Assembly (NCBI RefSeq): GCF_006345805.1
Contig: NC_043026.1
Location: forward strand, 12,069,579 to 12,133,578
DNA length: 64,000 nucleotides
Source: Octopus sinensis
Lineage: Eukaryota
Direction of reading: 5' to 3'
This document shows positions 55,974-64,000 of this stretch, in pieces (the stretch's first letter is position 1; every line of letters begins with the position of its first letter). The notes beneath the pieces are model-generated. The model worked only from the letters and a program-made list of their open reading frames with translations. It had not been told where the DNA came from and did not search any database. The position numbers were made by a program, and so were the translations under genes.

Positions 55974-56099
55974 ATGATAACATTGCATCAGGAACCAACT
56001 ACACACCCATCATAATTGGTGTCGTTGTGACAACTGTCTTGCTCATCTTGCTCATCTGCGGCTTATGTTGCTATATGAAAAAATCCAAAACAAATTTCG
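55974..56099 (+). CDS. Ig-like transmembrane gene, exon 4 (TM helix)
   Basis: TTTTTTTGTAG acceptor, GTAAGA donor, 126 nt, phase 1-1; DDNIASGTNYTP-IIIGVVVTTVLLILLICGLCCYM-KKSK. Confidence 0.85.
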
Positions 56100-57987
56100 G
56101 TAAGAATGTTATTTTGTGATTAAATATATTATTTTTTCATTTGATGTTAACCCTTTATCATTTATCCAGTTATATCCAGCCCAGATACACTGTCTTGAGT
56201 TCAAAAGAGCCAGATCCAGCTTCTCATGCCTACCCTACAATGTCACTCTAAAAGCAAAAGAATCACTTCATTTAAAATGTTGAAGCTACAAAATAATGTA
56301 GGAGTGGCTGTGTGGTAAGTAGCTTGCTGACCAACCACATGGTTCTGGGTTCAGTCCCACTGCGTGGCATCTTGGGCAAGTGTCTTCTGCTTTAGCTCCG
56401 GGCCGACCAATGCCTTGTGAGTGGATTTGGTAGATGGAAACTGAAAGAAGCCTGTCGTATATATGTATATATATATATATATATATATGTGTGCGTGTGT
56501 GTTTGTGTGTCTGTGTTTGTCCCCCTAGCATTGCTTGACCACCAATGCTGGTGTGTTTACGTCCCCGTCACTTAGCGGTTTGGCAAAAGAGACCGATAGA
56601 ATAAGTACCGGGCTTACAGAGAATAAGTCCCGGGGTCGATTTGCTCGACTAAAGGCAATGCTCCAGTATGGCCGTAGTCAAATGACTGAAACAAGTAAAA
56701 GAGACCGATAGAATAAGTACTAGGCTTGCAAAGAATAAGTCCCGGGGTCGATTTGCTCAACTAAAGGCGGTGCTCCAGCATGGCCGCAGTCAAATGACTG
56801 AAACAAGTAAAAGAGTAAAAGAGATTGAAAACCATGTGAATAGATAATCATAACATTTGATAAAGTAATCTGAATGCTAGAGGCTTTGAAGTCCCAGGTT
56901 GTATGAGTTGGCATCTTCTTTCACTTGCAGCCATGATGGAGCATCAACTTGAAGGATTTTAGTTGAACATATTGACCACAGTGCTTATTTTTCTTTTTAA
57001 GCCTGCTACTTATTATATTGGTTTCTTTTGCGGAAAACTACTAAGTTACAGGGATGTAAACACACCAACAACGGTTGTCTATTGGTGGCGGGATAGACAC
57101 AAAGACACACACACACACACACACACACAAACTTTCACATAGTTTCTGTCCATCATATTCACTCTCGAGGCATTGGTTATCCTGGGACTATTGGTTATCC
57201 TGGGACATGTAAGTTACCTGTGGGTTTTCTATGGGAAAATTTGGGGAAGGATGTAAAATGGAATATCAGAAGACTTAATTAAGGTGGAATTTCACTTCAG
57301 CGAAAAACACCAAGATGTCATTGCAAAAATATATTTGATTTATTCTATCACATGTGGACAAGAAAGGACTAATAGCTGAGTAAATCAGAAAGATTTATAT
57401 CTTATTTTTGCATTAAAACCATCTGGATTAATATAAGTTACACAAAGGCCTTTCATGTTGACTTTATGAAAGAGGATAATAGTTAGTTCTTCCTGCTTGG
57501 GGTTGCAGTTAGCCATATATAGTGTCAGTTAGAAGAAACAAACATCAGCTTTTCTCAATTGAGTTGCAGGTGGTGAGATATGTTGACAGGTCAGCAGTTG
57601 GTCTCTAGCTCCCTCAATTAAAATCTTAGTTCTCTTTAAGGCCAAGAACTGGTTTTCTGATATTACTGCATCTTAGCTCTAATTGTCTGGCTGCCATAGC
57701 ACTACTGTGCTACTACGCGGTATTGCACTAATATGTATATAATACAATTTTACTGAACCTTCAGTTTTTTTATATGCTAGACCACTGGTGTGAAATCGAT
57801 GTTAATTAAATTAATATCTAATTTCTCACCCTCATTGGCTGTGTGGTAAGTAGCTTGCTAAACAATTAAGAAAACAGTAAAGCATAAAAATTAATGTGAT
57901 TTGTTCAAAATACAGTCTACGTTATGACTTTTGTCACAATTTACATTTAAAAACGTAGAAATAAATATAAACCGATATCTGACTTAC

Positions 57988-58131
57988 CTCTTTCTCAATA
58001 TGAACGAAGAATTGTTTGATACCTTCCAGGGTCAACTCTTCCTTTTTCACTAAAATCTTAATGGGCTTCCTCATAAACTGTCTAGTGACTTCAAAGACAT
58101 CTGGTGGCATAGTAGCTGATAATAATATCAC
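57988..58131 (-). CDS. eIF4A: Single exon of a DEAD-box helicase of the eIF4A family (motif III SAT region)
   Basis: [48 protein letters not shown]; TTCAG acceptor, GTAAGT donor, 144 nt, phase 0-0. Confidence 0.85.
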
Positions 58132-58378
58132 CTGAATGTAATATATTGTTCAATGTTGTTCTTTATGTATTTTGCGCGTGTGAATAGTATGTACAGTTTG
58201 CTTATGTATATATGTGTATGTATATTTTTTTATATGTATATATACAGTTATATATATATATTTATGTATATGTATGTATTTTGGATATTTGTTTTATTAT
58301 TTATTTGTATATATTAGATAATAAGTGCAGCATGTTTTGTATATCAATATTATTATTATACTTTTCAAGTTAATTATA

Positions 58379-58494
58379 TCTTCTGACAAGGCCTATGGTT
58401 CTTTTAACATATAATTTTTAATGCCTAAAACTGACATCTATAGGCAATATAAGTTGGATTGACTTTTTATCATAGGCTGAAACAGCTGTAAGGA
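58379..58494 (+). ncRNA. Decayed type-I hammerhead motif (core CUGACAA)
   Basis: UCUU-CUGACAA-GGCCUAUG...CAUAGGCU-GAAA-CAGCUG-UA-AGGA; C3/A8 mismatch; long loop II. Confidence 0.5.
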
Positions 58495-59285
58495 GTAGTC
58501 TATGAATTTCAATAATTTATAATATGACTATTAAAATATGTATTTGTATTATTTTTATTATTATATTACCTACTCTTACTCTTTACTCTTTTACTTGTTT
58601 CAGTCATTTGACTGCGGCCATGCTGGAGCACCGCCTTTAGTCGAGCAAATCGACCCCGAGACTTATTTTTTGTAAGCCCAGTACTTATTCTATCGGTCTC
58701 TTTTGCCGAACCGCTAAGTGACGGGGACGTAAACACACACCAGCATCGGTTGTCAAGCAATGCTAGGGGACAAACACACACACACACATACATTTATATA
58801 TATACATATATACGACAGGCTTCTTTCAGTTTCCGTCTACCAAATCCACTCACAAGGCATTGGTCGGCCCGGGGCTATAGCAGAAGACACTTGCCCAAGA
58901 TGCCACGCAGTGGGACTGAACCCAGAACCATGTGGTTGGTTAGCAAGCTACTTACCACACAGCCACTCCTGCGCCTATTGATTTATATAAAGTTTTGTTA
59001 GATTTTGATGTTCTCATTTGTATAATTAATAATGTAAAATTGTAATATCCGTAAGTTGATGAACGAGATGAATTTGTTTCTCCATTTTCGCGGGCATGGC
59101 TGTGTGGTTAGGGAGCTTGCTTCCTAGCTACATGGTTTCGGGTTCAGTCCCACTGCGTGGCACTTTGGGTAGGTGTCTTCCACTATAGCCCCGAGCCGAC
59201 CGGAGCTTTGTGATTGAATTCAGTAGGTGGAAGTTACTGCCGTGTGCGTATAGCTGCTCAGTGCCTCTCCGAAAAAGAGAGAGGG

Positions 59286-59340
<55 letters not shown>

Positions 59341-59761
59341 GGCTGTGTGGTTAGGGAGCTTGCTTCCTAGCTACATGGTTTCGGGTTCAGTCCCACTGCG
59401 TGGCACTTTGGGTAGGTGTTTTCCACTATAGCCCCGAGCCGACCGGAGCTTTGTGATTGAATTCGGTAGGTGGAAGTTACTGCCGTGTGTGTATGTGTGC
59501 GTATAGCTGCTCAGTGCCTCTCCGAAAGAGAGAGCGAGAGAGGGATATCTGTGTGTGTTCATGTGTATAGATTTATAATTAATGTGAATAGAATGGTTGT
59601 ATACTGTCAATCTAACAAGAACGTGACAGTAGGGGGTACACCACCGTTGTATAGCCCTAGGAGGCATCGAACGCCTCCTGACAGCTTCGACACATTTTTT
59701 CCCTGTGTCCTTATATACATATACGAAGGGGAGACAAACACCCCCAACCGCCGGAACTGCA

Positions 59762-59807
59762 TCTAGGGACACCGTGTTTCAGGATCATTGTCCTTCATCG
59801 GCCTAGA
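59762..59807 (-). ncRNA. Type-I hammerhead motif, core CCGAUGA (U4C), GUC triplet
   Basis: UCUAGG-CCGAUGA-AGGA caauga UCCU-GAAA-CAC g GUG-UC-CCUAGA; all three stems fully paired. Confidence 0.75.
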
Positions 59808-59915
59808 GTAGATATTTAATTAATGTGAATGTTTTTTTTTCAACTAAATGTGAAATCTGTATTTTTCTGTTTTTTTATTCCCTCACATTCTCTCTTCTTC
59901 TTTTTCCCTCTCAAG

Positions 59916-59989
59916 GTCTTCTAGAACAGATGAAGAGAAAGAAGATAGTTGCAAGACTGTCAAAGAACAGAAATGAACATTCAGTATAA
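59916..59989 (+). CDS. Ig-like transmembrane gene, probable terminal exon (GLLEQMKRKKIVARLSKNRNEHSV*)
   Basis: Strong polypyrimidine tract and AAG acceptor; in phase with exon 4; gives a 175-aa protein. Confidence 0.55.
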
Positions 59990-60344
59990 CATTTGCACAT
60001 GCCATCATTGAAAATTGGACGACTTGAACCTCTCTAATGCAATTAATATAATCAAAATTAATAAATTGGAATTGCTGTTGAAATTCAAGTTCCAAAAAGC
60101 TATTTCCATCATGACGACCACTCGGTTCAAAGTCTCCCTTGACCACAAATGGCATGAACACCACCCTGTACATAACTCCATGTACCCCTACATGGCCTTG
60201 CTTTTTCCTTTTTGAGCCAAAAAATTAGCTTAACTTAATCTTATTCTTATGATTCTTCTTAAATTTTCCACAATATTATAATGGATTTTATATTACCTAT
60301 TTATTTATATAATAAAATTTGCAAAACCAGCATTCCTTTTACTA

Positions 60345-60815
60345 ATCTATATAATCTATATAAAGCTGAAGTTGTCTGTGTATGGCAGGTTTGGTAGCCT
60401 TCAACTAACACTATCTCCTCCAAGACCCTATGGTGCAAGTTGACCAAAATTAAGATTATGATAGAAGAAGGCTTGCTTTTCATTCCATAGAAGATAAAAT
60501 TCAAATCGAACATGTTAACACCAAAAATTATTTACATAAAAAAGGTGCTTTTTTTTTCTATGAAAATCCCTATTTTTTACTATTTATAAAGCTGAAGTTG
60601 TCTGTGTATGGCAGGTTTGGTAGCCTTCAACTAACACTATCTCCTCCAAGACCCTGCGGTGCAAGTTGACCAAAATTAAGATTATGATAGAAGAAGGCTT
60701 GCTCTTCATTCTGTAGAAGATAAAATTCAAATCGGACCATATTAACACCAAAAATTATTTACATAAAAAAGGTGCTTTTTTCTATGAAAATCTCTATTTT
60801 TTACGATATTTTTTT
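60345..60815 (+). mobile_element. Two tandem ~235-bp copies of a Helitron-like 5' end
   Basis: TCTATATAAAGCTGAAGTTGTCTGTG start repeated at ~60583; no clear 3' CTAG found. Confidence 0.45.
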
Positions 60816-61435
60816 ACTGCTGTGTCACCATTTTTTGGTGTATTTCAACCAGAAAAATGTTCACTTAAAGAGAATTGGCACACACACACACACAGGCACA
60901 TACAGATTCATTCAAAAGCCACATAATGCAAAATTTTTACTTTTTAAAAATTCCAATTCTAAAGGGTCGAAAAGAAAAGTAACCCAAGTAAGGATAAAAT
61001 TATTTTGATAATTTTCAGGTTTCTTCTTTTTTTTTGGTTGTTCAATTCTAGTGCCTCAACTTAAGTACCATATTCATCTGAAACTAAATTTTTGCTGAAC
61101 TCATCTACCATGGAAATTATAGTTGTGATACCTGTGCCGGTGGCACGTAAAAAGCACCAACCGATCGTGGCTGCTGCCAACCTCCCTTGGCACCTGTGCT
61201 GGTGGCACGTAAAAAGCACCAACTACACTCACAGAGTGGTTGGCATTAGGAAGGGCATCCAGCTGTAGAAACACTGCAAGATCAGACTGGAGCCTGGTGC
61301 AGCCTCCTGGTTTCCCAGATCCCCAGTCGAACTGTCCAACCCATGCTAGCATGGAAAGCGGACGTTAAACGATGATGATGAGGATTGATGTTCAGTGATT
61401 TCTTCATGATTCCATCTCTTTGTGTTTTTTTTTAG

Positions 61436-61536
61436 GCATGCTAGAAGCATTAGCCATGCAAGGTGGTAAAGGAGACAAAACTGATCTTTCAACAGTAGTT
61501 GCTCTTGTGGAAGCACTCCGTCAGTTACGACGATGA
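61436..61536 (+). CDS. Candidate alternative terminal exon of the Ig-like gene, truncated by a SINE
   Basis: T-rich TAG acceptor, phase 1, GMLEALAMQGGKGDKTDLSTVVAL then SINE-derived VEALRQLRR*. Confidence 0.4.
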
Positions 61537-61869
61537 GGATTCCGGTTGATCCGAATCAACGGAACAGCCTGCTCGTGAAATTAACGTGTAAGTGGCTGAG
61601 CACTCCACAGACACGTGCACCCTTAATGTAGTTCTCGGGGAGATTCAGCATGACATACAGTATAAGAAGACTGTCCCTTTGAAATACAGGTACAGCAGAA
61701 ACAGGAAGTAAGAGTGAAAGAAAGTTGTAGTGAGAGAGTACAGCAGGGATCACCACCACCCCCTGCCGGAGCCTCGTGGAGCTTTTAGGTGTTTTCGCTC
61801 AATAAACACACAAGGCCCAGTCTGGGAATCGAAACCGCGAGTCCGCTGCCCTAACCACTGGGCCTCCAC
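61507..61869 (-). mobile_element. SINE family B with 10-bp TSD
   Basis: AGTTGCTCTT on both sides; reverse complement of the 23292-23678 family. Confidence 0.85.
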
Positions 61870-62622
61870 AGTTGCTCTTAATATGTTGTACTCTTCCCAA
61901 ACAGATTTGTCACATATTATGAGAGATCTGGGGTCAAAGTCAGATGAATAAAGAATGCACAACTTTCTAGCTTTTGAAAGAGCAACATAAGCCATTCTAT
62001 AAGAAAACATTTGAGTTGCCAAATCAGCTATTTGTTCCTTCTCGAGCCACGCCTGGCTCATAAGGGCTGGTTTCCCAGTTTCCTTGGTGTATAGGTTCCC
62101 CACCTGGACGGGGCACCGGTCCGTCGCAGGTGAGCTGCAAGATGCAGGAGGAAAGAGTGAGAGAAAGTTGTGGCGAAAGAGTCAGCAGAAGTTCGCCATT
62201 ACCTTCTGCCAGACCCACGTGGAGCTTAGGTGTTTCGCTCATAAACACACACATCGCCCGGTCTGAGATTTGAACCCGCGAGTCCGCTGCTCTAACCACT
62301 AGGTCATGTGCCTCCACAGCTATTACACTATACTCTTTACTCTTTTACTTGTTTCAGTCATTTGACTGCGGCCATGCTGGAGCACCGCCTTCTAGTCGAG
62401 TAAATCGATCCCAGGACTTATTCTTTGTAAGCCTAGTACTTATTCTATCAGTCTCTTTTGCTGAACCGCTAAGTTACGGGACATAAACACACCACCATCG
62501 GTGGTGGGGGGGACAAACACAGACACACAAACATATACATACATACTTCGCCATGTTGAATCGCTAGCTTCTGCACGCATTTTTTTCTCTCCTTGTTTCT
62601 CTCCGTGTTTCTTTTCTGTGTA

Positions 62623-62660
62623 TCTTTCTGTTGAAGAGCGTAGGCTCGAAACGTAAAAGA
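62623..62660 (+). ncRNA. Minimal type-I hammerhead-like motif (core CUGUUGA plus extra A)
   Basis: UCUUU-CUGUUGA-a-GAGC guag GCUC-GAAA-CG-UA-AAAGA, inside a ~210-bp insert within a SINE microsatellite. Confidence 0.55.
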
Positions 62661-64000
62661 CTTGTTTTATTTATATTCCTGAGCGCCATACTAATAAAAT
62701 TGTTTGTTTGTACTCCACCTGCCTTCGTCTTTTGTTTATTTTCATAAAGCTTCCCGTTATATATATACATATATACGACGGGCTTCTTCCAGTTTCCGTC
62801 TACCAAATCCACTCACAAGGCTTTGGTCGGCCCAAGGCTATAGCAGAAGACACTTGCCCAAGGTGCTACGTAGTGGGAATGAACCCAGAACCATGTGGTT
62901 GGTAAGCAAGCTACTTACCACACAGCCACTCCTGCGCCTATCCAGACTAATTTCCTGTGATTGATGTATTGTGATTTCATTGACTGTTGAAATTTTTCTC
63001 TAGTGACGCATGGAAAACGGACGCTAAATGATGATGATGATGATATATATATATATATATATATATATGACAGACAGACATGTAGATATATAGTGAACAG
63101 ACACATGTGGTTAACTGTTACTCCAGTCTATACAAAATCAACCATATACTGGAATATTCTACCAACAGAAAACATATTTGTATGTTAAATTTATTCTTAA
63201 AGTTCTATAACCAGATATATATTGAAAGAAGGAGGGTGTAGAAAACACCACTGTTGGTGGTTTGTAAATTATAAAGAATGAGGAAATGTTTGTCCCAGGG
63301 TATGACATAATAGTATATGTGCATGTATGTGTGTAATACATATATTACACACCCAACTCACCCAACAAAAACTCACTACTTGAATGGACCATAAACAAAA
63401 CTTGACTTAAACAGGATTCAAATAATCCTATCAGGTGGTGCTATTAAGTAAGACATGACCTGGACCAATCTTTAGTCGAAACATATCTAAGTTTATATGC
63501 AGGAGTGGCTGTGTGGTAAGTAGCTTGTTTACCAACCACATGGTTCTGGGTTCAGTCCCACTGTGTGGCACCTCGGGCAAGTGTCTTCTACTATAGCCTC
63601 GGGCTGACCAAAGCCTTGTGAGTGGATTTGGTAGACGGAAACTGAAAGAAGCCCGTCGTATATATGTATATATATATATATGCGTGTGTGTGTTTGTGTG
63701 TCTGTCTTTGTCCCCCTAGCATTGCTTGACAACCGATGCTGGTGTGTTTATGTCCCCGTTACTTAGCGGTTCGGCAAAAGAGACCGATAGAATAAGTACT
63801 GGGCTTACAAAAGAATAAGTCCCGGGCTCGAGTTGCTTGACTAAAGGCGGTGCTCCAGCATGGCCACAGTCAAATGACTGAAACAAGTAAAAGAGTAAAG
63901 AGTATACATACATACATATATATTTGTTTAAATATACAAATATATATGAAATATACACCCTAGCTTCCTAAAAAGAAATGAGAAAATGGATAATGTAGTC

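Noticed and set aside
59883-60215. ORFs downstream of the terminal exon as further eIF4A exons
   Set aside because: No DEAD-box motifs in any frame I could read.

Overview
AT-rich, repeat-dense animal genomic DNA. The tandem C2H2 zinc-finger genes, tRNA-derived SINEs, RTE LINEs and long (TA)n tracts suggest an octopus/coleoid cephalopod (inference). There is a 100-N gap at 27599-27698. Genes read from the sequence: two divergently oriented poly-C2H2 ZNF genes, a ZNF pseudogene expanded into a 120-bp minisatellite, an intact Merlin/IS1595-family transposase ORF with a catalytic D>N change, a spliced 5-exon signal peptide + atypical Ig-like + transmembrane gene (46401-59989) that the ORF track misses, and one antisense eIF4A exon inside that gene's last intron. 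The most striking unannotated layer is about 16 type-I hammerhead ribozyme motifs from about 8 different (TA)n-associated Penelope/retrozyme-like repeats. They include a tandem 166-184-bp family with a compensatory G3-C8 core and a ~350-bp family with a U3-A8 core, alongside C3-G8 copies. Most short ORFs in the track are repeat artefacts. All RNA structures were paired by eye and repeat boundaries are approximate.
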